A DNA stretch of 62,923 nt, filler included, from Octopus bimaculoides (taxonomy: Eukaryota), in assembly GCF_001194135.2 (NCBI RefSeq). It is 4 parts of 3 records of this genome, joined end to end, with 100 filler letters (N's around TTAATTAATTAA, not from the genome) between each part and the next. Parts side by side here need not be neighbours in the genome. Positions count along the whole stretch, not along the records: positions 29,582 to 55,472 come from NC_068988.1; 3 more parts are not named here. One strand, written 5' to 3'. Made by a program: the position numbers and the translations under genes. A model generated the notes under the pieces. It was not told where the DNA came from and ran no database searches. It saw only the letters and a program-made list of their open reading frames with translations. Of the stretch, positions 40,636-52,549 are shown piece by piece. Each line of letters begins with the position of its first letter. Positions within the stretch are counted from its first letter, which is position 1.

Positions 40636-41907
40636 GAAGTGGTATGTCAATTATTCTTCACAGTTACAAGTCTATAATGGAACACGCTTTTGGCCATTCA
40701 ATCTGCCAAAAATAGCAATTTAATCTACCTTTAATCTAAATTCTCCCAACTAAGAAATTTATGGAAAGAACATCGGATAATATTTTCAAGAGTACGCAAT
40801 ATCGAGAGAAGAAAATAGCCATTTATGTATCATACTATATGTATAAACACAGACCCATGGCCTGTTACTACGATATTTATCTTGCGATGGTATCTGCTAT
40901 GAGCGTGTTCAGTTCAGAAATACCGAAGGCAGACGAAATGCATATGATCGTATATCTTCTTGATCCTGGTCTAAACAGCTAAAATCAATGAACCTATCAC
41001 CACCGAATTCGCAGAGTGGTTAAACCATCATATAGAATGCTTAGCAAACTGTGCTCTGATTTCGTGCACTCTGAGTTCAGATCTCGTTGACGCCAAATTT
41101 ACTTTCCATACTTGTCAGAGATGATAGGAAAAAAATCGTACAAGCATTCCAGCGTGTTGGATTGGTTTCATGCTGTTTTTGTGTCAGCGGCATCAGATTC
41201 GAATCCGAATCACTAGACAGCCATGCCGATTCCATGTGATCGACCGATTAACCGACCGATCAGTCAGCGCCAGCTCATCACGTGATTTAACTTTCTAAAG
41301 CCATTTAACGAGGCTTTTGAAAACGTGGCTTTCGGGAAGTAACTTCAGTAATGTTCAGGCAGTCGATGTAACGACTCCATAATCATTTTCCATTCACTAG
41401 GCATGCATATACAAGCTACAGATTGGCATCATGAATGAATTTAGAGCAGTTATTTTTAATGGGCTAGTATCAGATTGATAAGCACCAACTATTTTGTCAT
41501 AGAACCCCGTAGAATGTTTCTACCAGAGTGTATAAATCGTTGCCTTTTTTCTCTCCCTGCACCTCTGCCTCCCGCCGTTCCCCTATCCTTTCCACACATC
41601 TGCTTTATTGCGTAACACTAACTTTTAGTATGATTTAAAGACACAATTAAATAACATTAAACATTGCGTTGTTTCACATTGCTAATTTAAGTAAGACAAT
41701 CTGCAATAATGTTGATCATGAACGCATAGTACGCGTCTCTTCTTTCGACATTTAATTAGATACTCTAGCCAGCCAGCCTGCCAACCAGCCATACATACAG
41801 TCATCCACCCATCCAACCTACCCTGTATCTTCTTCGTCAGATGAGATGTCATGTTTATATGCAGCTATTCAAATGATTGTTCCAACTAACAAATTCACTT
41901 CATGCAG

Positions 41908-42003
41908 GATAAGAATAGTCTCATGCTGTTACCCAATCGTTCAGTTTCCGTCTCCAAGCAAATATCTCAGAAATCATAATTCAAACCTAGCTTCAGGACA
42001 CGA
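41908..42003 (+). other. Candidate exon, 96 nt
   Basis: Branch point CTAAC, acceptor tcacttcatgcag|, donor CGA|GTAAGC, one open frame (phase 2-2). Confidence 0.3.
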
Positions 42004-43356
42004 GTAAGCACTGGATTTCCATCGTTTTCGGCGATGGTAGTTCAATTGTGTCGGTCCATTGAAATATATGCTCATCAGGTTGGCGAGTTAGCTGTGAATT
42101 CTACACAAACATCGCCTAAATTTAATGGTGTATGTGGCTACATATTCCACAGGCGTATGTATACCAACCCCGGAGGGCTGAAATGTAAAGGTGGCCTCGG
42201 TGGGGTTTGAACCCATGACGTAAAATATGGGGAAGATGTACTGCATGTCATTTTGTTACTTGGTTATTCCAGTTCCTCATTGGCTAATGATGGCTAAGAC
42301 ATTTTGAATACGAGGGCAGCAGTTCTTTCCACCGTTGCAATGGCTAACGATATCACACGTTTCAGAAATAAACTCCACCGTACGTTTAGGGCTACGAATT
42401 GTGTATGATCGACAAACAAAATTACGATACACTCTTCCACTGCATGAATTAATTCCTTGTTCACATGCTTTAAGATTGAAGCTATTGTCTTCGTTCATCA
42501 ACACTACTTATCGACATCAACACTACTTATATACGTGCGAGCTTCTACCGTGATTCTGTCAACAATCCACAATGTGCCGCGTAGGAGAATTGAACCGGAA
42601 ACGACATCGTTAAAGAGTTCTTCTCAGCCATGTAGCCATGCCTGATCGGTATTATCAAAGACCAGAAATTCACAATATATTTCAATGCGCAGTAACTGTT
42701 TCTAATATAGTTTGTTGTACATCATATTTCTATTTTCTTTCAATTTATATTTTATTTATTACACGATACCATTTCTATGATATCAATTTACGTTCGTTTA
42801 CTATATTTTGACATGTGTAAATCTTTTCGACATTTCACAAACACGTTTATTTCTTTCAATTAAATTCGTTTTTGGTTTTCTACATTTGTTCTCTAGCTCA
42901 AACGTGTTCAAATATAATATAATGTAATGTTTGTTTCGTTATTGAGTGATATAATATTTCAAAGAGACACTGTAAAGGGTATAAGAAAAGCGAAATACCA
43001 TTCTATATAAATGCCAAAACGAGCAGAAGTACGACAATAATTCTACAACTACTAAGCTGGCCAAATTTTTACTAGAAAATACACAAAACTGTTGAAGATA
43101 ATTATGAAAATAGTTCAAATAGAAGAAAAATATGTATTGTAATTTCAATACTTTTCACCCAAAACCAACGACAATTAATAGAATTAACGAAAGATGATAA
43201 ACAATTTCGGCATTTTACATTGTATACATAGAGAGGTGAGGCTAAATCTACCATATTTACATGAAGTTATTACGGAATAAACAAGTTGTTAAGGATTCAA
43301 TACGTGTGTGTCAGTATGTTTCTATGTATTGATATATATAAGCGCTTGCATGAATA

Positions 43357-43391
<35 letters not shown>

Positions 43392-43857
43392 GCACGCACA
43401 TACACACACACACACGCACNNNNNNNNNNNNNNNNNNNNNNNNNNNNNNNNNNNNNNNNNNNNNNNNNNNNNNNNNNNNNNNNNNNNNNNNNNNNNNNNN
43501 NNNNNNNNNNNNNNNNNNNNNNNNNNNNNNNNNNNNNNNNNNNNNNNNNNNNNNNNNNNNNNNNNNNNNNNNNNNNNNNNNNNNNNNNNNNNNNNNNNNN
43601 NNNNNNNNNNNNNNNNNNNNNNNNNNNNNNNNNNNNNNNNNNNNNNNNNNNNNNNNNNNNNNNNNNNNNNNNNNNNNNNNNNNNNNNNNNNNNNNNNNNN
43701 NNNNNNNNNNNNNNNNNNNNNNNNNNNNNNNNNNNNNNNNNNNNNNNNNNNNNNNNNNNNNNNNNNNNNNNNNNNNNNNNNNNNNNNNNNNNNNNNNNNN
43801 NNNNNNNNNNNNNNNNNNNNNNNNNNNNNNNNNNNNNNNNNNNNNNNNNNNNNNNNN

Positions 43858-43894
<37 letters not shown>

Positions 43895-44171
43895 TCATGC
43901 GTATCCGTTTATCTAGTGCCATTTAGCAGTTTAGTAATTAATGACACATACCATAAGCTCCTTGGTCCAGACATTTATAAGGCCAACATCGTTTTTTAAA
44001 CACATCGGGGCTGCTCACCAATTACCGAGACTAAATAAAATAGTTAACTCTATAATTCATCGGGAATAGTAATATATATAAATTTTTGAAATGTTTGTAC
44101 TTGTATATAATTACTGTATATTCTTAAACATATTTTTACAATCTCACGAATAATTCCAAATCCGTACATAT

Positions 44172-44257
44172 TCTCTGATGAAGGAAATGTAGAGTACTGA
44201 AGTTCAAAAGCTTTTACCTACATACTTCTCCGCTCATTCCCGGAAACTGCCGTAAGA
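44172..44257 (+). ncRNA. Type I hammerhead-like motif with long stem II, third family
   Basis: tct-CTGATGA-aggaaatg..(loop)..cattcccg-GAAAC tgcc GTA-aga. Stem I tct/aga, stem III AC/GT, GUA cleavage triplet; stem II imperfect. Confidence 0.5.
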
Positions 44258-44558
44258 TTCTTTCTATTTATTTGATTCATTTGAGAACTTCCCTTTTGTA
44301 TTATTGTGAACTGCTATCTCATCATGCTGCACTTCTTAATTCATCTGTATGTATTTATGCAATTACGTATCGGACTGTGATTTGGGCACGGAATTATACT
44401 ATTATATAATATATATGCTTTTGCATGTTATGTGTTCGTATGCTCATATAATGGCTTATATATGCTTGTGTGTTTAGATATGTGTCGGCTTTGATGAAGA
44501 GTATTATTGACCTTGGAACTTGTCTCTTTCAAATTAATACTCTAAATATATGTGTGTG

Positions 44559-44626
<68 letters not shown>

Positions 44627-45553
44627 GAGAGACAGAGAGACAGTGACAGAGAGACTGACAGACAGAGAGTGATTGACTTACTTTAATGAGTACAAGAGTT
44701 ATACTCGTGCAACTTTAAGTCTTACGCTTGCATATTACTGTACTCGGACGGACTTGCGTAGCGTTCTTGGCAAGATGCAGCATTCGGTCAAATGAGATAG
44801 GTATGGTGACGAAACCCTAAAAGAAAACGACAATAAATACTAAGAAAAACGTTAAGTAAAGTTTCAAGGGGAAAGGGAATGATTCATCTTATAGAAGTTA
44901 AGCGGGTCCCCCCCCCCCGATCCCGTTTACTTGGGAATATTTCCTCTGATAACAGCAATAAACAGGTTATTTGAACTAGAGTGATAGCCATATCCTATGC
45001 GGCATACTATAAACGCTCGTCTGAAAACGGAATTGTCTGGGCATGAAACATGAAGTAGCACACCGATTACTGAACGACGTCAAGTCTACTAGTCCCAGAG
45101 TAAAAAGATTATGTATAAGGGAGGTAAGTAGTTCTGGATTTGGTGCAATTAGGGTAGATATAGATCCGTAATGTGAATGATGTATGGGATGTATGGAGGT
45201 TAGTGGTATTAATTGAAAGGTTAGTAGTGCTCTGTATTATGTTATGTATTCATATTGAGTTATGAGAGTTGTCTCTGTGTTCATTCTTTGTTGTATTGAG
45301 GTGTTCTGTGAAAATTGATAGAAGGGGACACTTAGGAAATTACGATTAAGATTCCTAGCACATCTTTCTATGTGTCAACCGACTTGTATCTGTCGGTATT
45401 GTTGGTTCCTAAGAAGGAAAAGAAATTACCAATGGCTCACAGGTAGATACATTGCTGAAGTGACCGGGAGTAGAAAGAGATAAAGTGTTTTCAGGGACAG
45501 GAAAGTGTGAAGATGGTCGGTATGTGTGTGTGTGTGTGTGTATGTGTGTGTGT

Positions 45554-45597
<44 letters not shown>

Positions 45598-46609
45598 NNN
45601 NNNNNNNNNNNNNNNNNNNNNNNNNNNNNNNNNNNNNNNNNNNNNNNNNNNNNNNNNNNNNNNNNNNNNNNNNNNNNNNNNNNNNNNNNNNNNNNNNNNN
45701 NNNNNNNNNNNNNNNNNNNNNNNNNNNNNNNNNNNNNNNNNNNNNNNNNNNNNNNNNNNNNNNNNNNNNNNNNNNNNNNNNNNNNNNNNNNNNNNNNNNN
45801 NNNNNNNNNNNNNNNNNNNNNNNNNNNNNNNNNNNNNNNNNNNNNNNNNNNNNNNNNNNNNNNNNNCTAGGCTGTTTTCGATTTGAGAAACTGAGGTGAA
45901 AAATATCCAGCCAGAATATTTGTAATTCAACATCAACCGAGAAGAACTGAATTCTCATTTGAATATTATACGCTTACAATATACAGTTCTAAATATTTTG
46001 AATGAATTCGTAGACAAACTGGCTTAGATTTTATCTATATTCATTATATTAACTTCAGTAATTTTCGTGTTTTCTTGGCTTTTATTTTTCAATACAAAAT
46101 ATGAAGTTTCTTTGCTCACGTCGGCACATTTCCATATTGTTTTTATTTCTTTGATATTAATGAAATCGTTCAAAGTGTTTCTATCCAATATATTATTCAA
46201 TAATCCTGGAATTACAAAGTAGATAGATGAAACTAATTCTTTATAACTAGCAGCAATGATATCAATAAAGAAATCATTAAATATATTTCTCTTTGTTTAT
46301 GCATAAATATGCCACCTGATATTTCGTAGGAGTGTGAGTATAAGTCTGCAGCAGTCGTGTATTTCTCGAAGACATTTATGACACGCGTTAAATGAATTTC
46401 AAAAAACAGTGGATAAAGATAAAATGCGACTCTTAATTAACTATGAAATTGTTTTTATACTCTGTTCTGTCTTGGGTGGGCCAATATGCCAATTTGCCCA
46501 CACACTGGTTCACTAATCGATAGTTATTTTAATGTGTTAGTTAAACAATAAATTGATTATTTCTTGCTCGAATTTATTTCGTCGCTATTCGTGTCCTTTT
46601 CATTGTTTT

Positions 46610-46612
<3 letters not shown>

Positions 46613-46696
<84 letters not shown>
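46613..46696. repeat. (CT)n microsatellite
   Basis: Direct repeat run. Confidence 0.95.
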
Positions 46697-46701
<5 letters not shown>

Positions 46702-46710
46702 CAATGTCAG

Positions 46711-46834
46711 CTCTGAGTACGACAGAGGGCAAGTCACTGAGAGGATCGCGAACAGCAGCGAAACAACTTTGCCTAACAAACAACCGATTGATTTTTTAAC
46801 CAGTCCATTAAACAAACGTTCGATTATTCAGTTG
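46711..46834 (+). other. Candidate exon, 124 nt
   Basis: The (CT)n tract acts as a polypyrimidine tract before gtcag|; donor TTG|GTAAGA; one open frame SEYDRGQVTERIANSSETTLPNKQPIDFLTSPLNKRSIIQL. Confidence 0.35.
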
Positions 46835-47688
46835 GTAAGATATTTAACCAATTGACTAACAATAAAGAAGTGTCATTGGGGCAGTGCGTGTGTTATTATT
46901 ACTGGCGTAATGGCCTGCCCAAACGCGATAAGATTTCTTCCAACAAATTAATTCATATCATGAATCTTATTTCTATACCCTTTTATGCTTCTACCATTTG
47001 TCTTCGAGCAGCGTGTTTCTGGAACGCACCATCATCTATCATCATCTTGCTTTCCTCTGGTTTATGATATTCAGCCCTTTAAAATTTCTGCCAATCGACA
47101 TCTTTTAAGATTTTAGGACCTCTTTCTTCCTTTGTAGTCCTTTGCAACATAATGCCCTTAAGCCTTTGGAGACACAAATTTGTATTAAAATATTGCGGTT
47201 AGGATTAACGAAATCCATAAAAGTGATTTTTAAGGCTGACGCATATCATCGATGTTGGGAACGCTGTATATTTGATTACTTGACCCCACCCCAGTGCTTA
47301 CTTTACGGACCCTACAATGATGAGAGGCAAATTTGCGCCAACTTGATTTTCACACACAAAATAAGAGATTTTGTCCGGCGCTTTCTTGATCTTATGATTC
47401 TATTCGTTTTATGACTCGCCTGAACGAGATCAATACTATTGATTTGTAATATCGACAGAAGTTCTCGAAATTTGATAGAAGTTTATAGTTCATTAAATCG
47501 AACCGATATTTGACTTGAATATTGTTTTATTGATTCTTGCAAGATGACATGTAAAGTTCCTCGGGATTTCGCCTCAAATTTTGAAGGACTTTTACGAAAT
47601 ATCGCAAATAATTTTGTCCAGCGATCAACAGATTGTACTTATTGTACAACCGGAACTAAAATAACATTGCAATCAGCAGGGCCTAAAA

Positions 47689-48106
47689 CAGAGTTGCCAG
47701 TAGGTTCACGTGGATCCCCAGGGATCCATAGGAGCTTTAAGGGAGTCCACGAGTAAAAAATTTATAAATCTTGTTTCCTAGGAGAGATACCTGTATTTAT
47801 TGAAATTTTCAAGGTTTGTATTTGGAATGTATAGATGTTTTCGATCTAGTTTGGATTCTTTGCCATCAAATTTGAATTTTTGCAATCAAATTTGATAGCA
47901 AAGAATTCAAATTTGATGGCAAAGAATTCAAACTAGATCGAAAATATCTATATAATATGAATATAACGAAATTGTTTCATTGTTAGTTTTTAATAACCTA
48001 CAAACAAATATTTTATTTCAAAGATTTACACATGCATATATGGAGTACACAGACGATAAGATAGCTCTCAGGAGGTCCACAAGCAACATAAGTTTGGGAA
48101 TCCCTG
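47689..48106. mobile_element. Old hAT-like MITE
   Basis: 3' end ggtccacaagc...gtttgggaatccctg, eroded 5' end cagagttgcca, flanks gcctaaaa / ccctaaat (6 of 8 match, candidate 8-bp TSD). Confidence 0.5.
47830..47952. repeat. 123-bp near-perfect palindrome
   Basis: Arms match with 3 mismatches and 1 indel; centre atcaaa|tttgat at 47890/47891. Confidence 0.9.
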
Positions 48107-48149
48107 CCCTAAATCTAGAAGAATTTCACTAACAAATACAACAACTACA

Positions 48150-48510
48150 ATGACAACAACAAATGCAGTTTTGAGGACTCAACATTTGGATGTGAATCTT
48201 CATCAGTCAACAAGAGGTTTCAGTTATTCGAGGAAATGAGTTAACTACTTATCAATTAAAAGGCAAGGGATTGAGTATCCCAGAGATATGTGTGCCCTTC
48301 ACGTAATTTTGAAGAAGAACCAGTGTGACAGTGTGTGAGAAGGCTGTCTATTTTGAATAATATGTACAAATCTACAGCCGTCTATAATTTATTTCTGCCC
48401 AGGTTCACTCGCAGAATATGGGTCGCTCCATAGCTATGCAAGATTACATTTACCCAAGATAGTAGGTAGTGGAAACGAACCCTGAATTTCATGAGTGCAA
48501 AACGACCGTC
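48150..48510 (-). mobile_element. Degraded SINE-like repeat with tRNA head at the right end
   Basis: ccagagatatgtgtgcccttcacgtaatt ... gtgacagtgtgtgagaaggctg ... cccaagatagt...gaaacgaaccc. Confidence 0.45.
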
Positions 48511-49010
48511 TTTAGCAAAATCTGCGCCTCGTGAATCAACATTAGTGTTATAAAAATTTTATTTTAAAACCGATATAATATACGTGATGTGTTTTTCCCT
48601 CCGAACGATACTATTCTATGTGACTAGACGACTAATCAAGTGGGAGAATTCAAACATTGGAAAGAGAAATATTGAAACATTCAATTTAGATGCAATATCT
48701 AAGAATGTGTTAGCAGCAGCTGGCAATTTCTATCACATTATAACAGATTTAATTCAAGAATTTCTTTTCTTTCATTACATTGCTAACTAAGTATGAAAGA
48801 CAGTAAATATGGCCCTATATAGGATTTCAGATACGGTGCCAGTGAAAGAGATGTAGCGAAGAAGGAATTTTCCTGCAGGGTTTATCGTTTGAATATTTAT
48901 ATAATAATAGAGCCCCCCCCCCACTAAAGAAATCACATATTAAATTTGTCATCCAAATAGCCCACTGTATATATATACATATATATATGTATATATATAT
49001 ATATACATAC

Positions 49011-49078
<68 letters not shown>

Positions 49079-49589
49079 AATATACACACATATATACACA
49101 TATATATGTGTATACGTGTGTGTGTGTGTGTAATTTTTTTTTTAAAGGTAGACGTAAAACAAGAAGAACAACAGCGTCAGTATTGTAATGCCTTAATTCT
49201 ATTACGTTGCCATATTAATGTATCTGCACCTTAAGAATTGTATTCAGTAACCAAAAAAGAAACCAGGATTCACTAAGCATTGGTCTTTGCAGTAACTAAC
49301 GTAAAAATTAAATAAATAAAGAAACAAAAAACTAAAGAAATGAATAAATAAAGGCATATATAAACATCAAAAGCGATAACTACGGTTATTGTAGTAACTA
49401 CTAACAGCTGCAGCATCGATAAAGACATGGAAAGTGAAATAAAGTGAAAAAGAGAGAAACGGAAATGAAGACAACAACAATAATAATGGCGAAGAGTAAA
49501 ACAACTGTAAAAATGAGCAAAACAAATGCAGTTTAGGCACCAAGAAAGAATTTAAAAAATGACAACAAAAATGCAACAATGTCAATGCA

Positions 49590-49775
49590 AATATCAAGAA
49601 GAACAACAACAACGGCGACAAGAACAATTTCAGGATTAGCAATGACAATAACAGCAATAATAGTAATAATAATATTATTATTATTAATAATAATAATAAT
49701 AATGATAATGACGATAATAATGATACTAGTAATAATATTAAAAATAATAAAAATATTATTAATAATAATGGTGAT

Positions 49776-49837
<62 letters not shown>

Positions 49838-50209
49838 TAATAATAATAATAATAATGATAATAATGATAATAATGATAATAATAATAATAATAATAATAA
49901 TAGCGACGACGACGACGACGAGAACGATGATGATGATGATGATGATGACTGTTACGATGATGATGATGATGGTGATAATGATAATGATGATGACGATGAC
50001 GACGACGAGGATGTTGATGTTGATGACTGTGATGATGATGGTGATGGTGATCATGTCGATGACGACGACGACGACGACGATGTGGATGATGACGATGATG
50101 ATTACGATGATGATGACGACTAAGGTGATGACGATGGTGATATCAACAACAACAACAACGGCAATAATAATAATTTATAATAATAATTATAATAATAATA
50201 ATAATAATT

Positions 50210-50253
<44 letters not shown>

Positions 50254-50704
50254 GAGAGTGAGCAATAAAAAACAGTAATAACGACTACTTCAAGAAATAT
50301 AATGCAGTAATTCCACAAACAACAGCTGCAAACGGATGTAATGACGTCATTAACATCATCATAAAATATCGTCATCACCAACATCATCGTCGTCGTCGTC
50401 GTCATCATCATCATCATAACTATCCTTATAATAGTCATCGCCATCATCATCTTGATCATCATCATCATCATCATCCTGTTTATATCCATCGTTGTTGGCG
50501 TCGTCAAACTTTTGTCATCACCAACGTCGTCGTCATGGAAACAGTCACAGTTATGTCCTACTCCTTTTACTCCATCTTTTCTTTTTTTTTCTTTTTCATT
50601 ACTTCTTTTTCTTCTGATTTTTTCTTTTTTTTCTCTTCCTCTCCCGCCTTCTCCCCTCTCCTCTTCTCCTCTTTTTATTATCATTTTCCTCCTCCTCCTC
50701 CTCC

Positions 50705-50747
<43 letters not shown>

Positions 50748-50873
50748 TATCTCCTTCGTCGTCGTCGTCGTCGTCATCAGTCTCATCTTCGTATTCAGTG
50801 CTCCTCTCATAACGACTAACATCATCACCATCATCATTGTCATCAACATCATCAGCACCACCTCCAATTCCAC

Positions 50874-50905
<32 letters not shown>

Positions 50906-51190
50906 CCATCATCATCATTATCATCAACTCCATCATCGTCGTCGACGTCGTCGTTGTTCGCATCTTCGTCGACATCGTTATCAGAGGCGTCATCATTAGC
51001 TGCTATTATTCCTGCGGCTACTTCATCATTTACCTCACAATCTCAGCAATCAACATTAAAATTGTCTTTAAGAATACGACCTCCCATTTTAACAACATTC
51101 TATTATTATATCAACAACAACATCAACAACAATTTCCCAACAGCATCATCACCAACCGCATTGTCGTTGATACAAACAATAATAAGCATA
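49590..51190. repeat. Compound trinucleotide region: (AAT/GAT/GAC)n then (CAT/CGT/CCT)n
   Basis: Direct observation; source of the poly-I/M/T/S pseudo-ORFs. Confidence 0.95.
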
Positions 51191-51424
51191 AAAATTGATA
51201 TTAGACATTATCAAAAAAAAAAAAAAGAAGACATCATGTTCGTTACAAGTTTGAAACAAGGGAACCCCTAAGGGGTTATTCGATATGCTGGAAATGCCCA
51301 AGAAATTCTCACTCAAGTCACACCGTTTCAAAACAGGGACGATACTTTGGAAAATACATGCGCGTATATGCATACGAGATGGTATCAAAGAGTTTTTGGA
51401 CAGGTTATGTTTAATGAAAAGTAA

Positions 51425-51556
51425 TTTACATTATTTACATTTGACGGATATTTGTCCTCATCTTGTTTGGCTCATATACCCTCCAACATTCATCAGGTGT
51501 CTTGGACAAATTTCGAACCTGGGTTTTCATTCCTAATGTGTTTTTCGATGTTGCTG

Positions 51557-51588
<32 letters not shown>

Positions 51589-51900
51589 GTTATTATTATT
51601 ATTATTGTTATTGTTCAGGTTACAGCTTGGAATCGAATTCGGAATCTTGGGGTTAGTAGCTCGCGCTATTAACCGCTATGCCATATGCCGGTCGGAAATT
51701 ATGGAGTAAATTTTAGGGTTTATAAATCTAATATTTTCCTACCCTTCCTTAATACTGAACTCGGTCTGCTGAACTCGGTCTGCTTTGGAGGTTGTTGTGT
51801 CCTAGCATATGTGCTGATTCTTTTAGTTTTCGTATTTTCCAATGGTGTTCTCTGCCTATTATTTTAACATCATCCCACTTGGTGAGGTGGTCTCCATTTT
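51425..51900 (-). mobile_element. 5'-truncated Penelope-like element: endonuclease C-terminus + tRNA-like module + (AAT)n + hammerhead remnant
   Basis: Minus strand translates NGDHLTKWDDVKIIGREHHWKIRKLKESAHMLGHNNLQSRPS (matches 31455-31585); 3' repeat matches 58402-58700. Confidence 0.9.
51618..51689 (-). promoter_or_regulatory. tRNA-like module with Pol III A-box and B-box inside the PLE 3' repeat
   Basis: ggcatatggcatagcggttaatagcgcgagctactaaccccaagattccgaattcgattccaagctgtaacc (72 nt). Stems too degenerate for a functional tRNA. Confidence 0.7.
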
Positions 51901-51908
51901 CATTTTAC

Positions 51909-52549
51909 TTAAGTTTTAACATAATCTCCTTCGAAATAATCACCTTGCGCAGCACTACACCAGTCTCAGCGTTTCTGTCATTTTCAGAATTCGGCCTGGA
52001 AGTCGTTTTCCGTAAGCAAGTCAAGGACCTTCTGCAATTCGCTCTGGACCACGACCATGGTACTACAACGGTGACCAGTGAGCTACATTTTCATCCTGAG
52101 GAAGTGATGGAAGTCCACAGGTGCTAAATCTGGCCAATATGACAGGTGTGGGAGCGATACTATGTTGTTTTTAGTGAGAAACTCACGGGTGAGGAGACCT
52201 TGGTAACCGGGTGCATTGTTGTCGTGAAGAATCGAGATGTTAGGTTTACCTGCACGGACCCATGCGATAGACCAACTTCATAAGCAATGTCGTTGATTAT
52301 CCTCGGACGATCCTCATGCACAAGCTGACTAAATTTCTCTACATTTCCGGGTGTGATTCTCGTGGACGGTCTTCCAGATCGCTTATCGACCTCCAGAGAT
52401 GTTATTCGGCTTTTGGAGCGACCGTGCCACTCAAAACATTGCGTACGACCCATTGCCACGTTTCTGTAAAGTTACCGAAACATGCTCAATATCTCTGTAG
52501 CAGACTCCCCAATTGTAACGCTAAATATCACGTCGACTCTTCGTTCCAT
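51909..52549 (-). pseudogene. Mariner transposase pseudogene with central deletion
   Basis: MERRVDVIFSVTIGESATE...MGRTQCFEWH...RSGRPST (HTH region) fused near 52237 to LHDNNAP...YWPDLAPVDF...QGDYFEGD. Catalytic spacing is 34 aa with the first D of the pair mutated to N. Confidence 0.85.

Noticed and set aside
44485-44530. Second hammerhead downstream of 44.2 kb (ttTGATGA...GAACTTGTC)
   Set aside because: Core mutated, and neither stem I nor stem II pairs.
44790-44825. gacgaaaccc hammerhead-like fragment
   Set aside because: No CTGANGA core or stem II partner.
49533-51271. ORFs of 140-270 aa rich in I/M/T/S/H
   Set aside because: Translations of trinucleotide microsatellites with no domain content.
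51618-51689. Functional tRNA gene
   Set aside because: Acceptor, D and T stems are poorly paired, and it lies within a retroelement repeat; treated as tRNA-derived.
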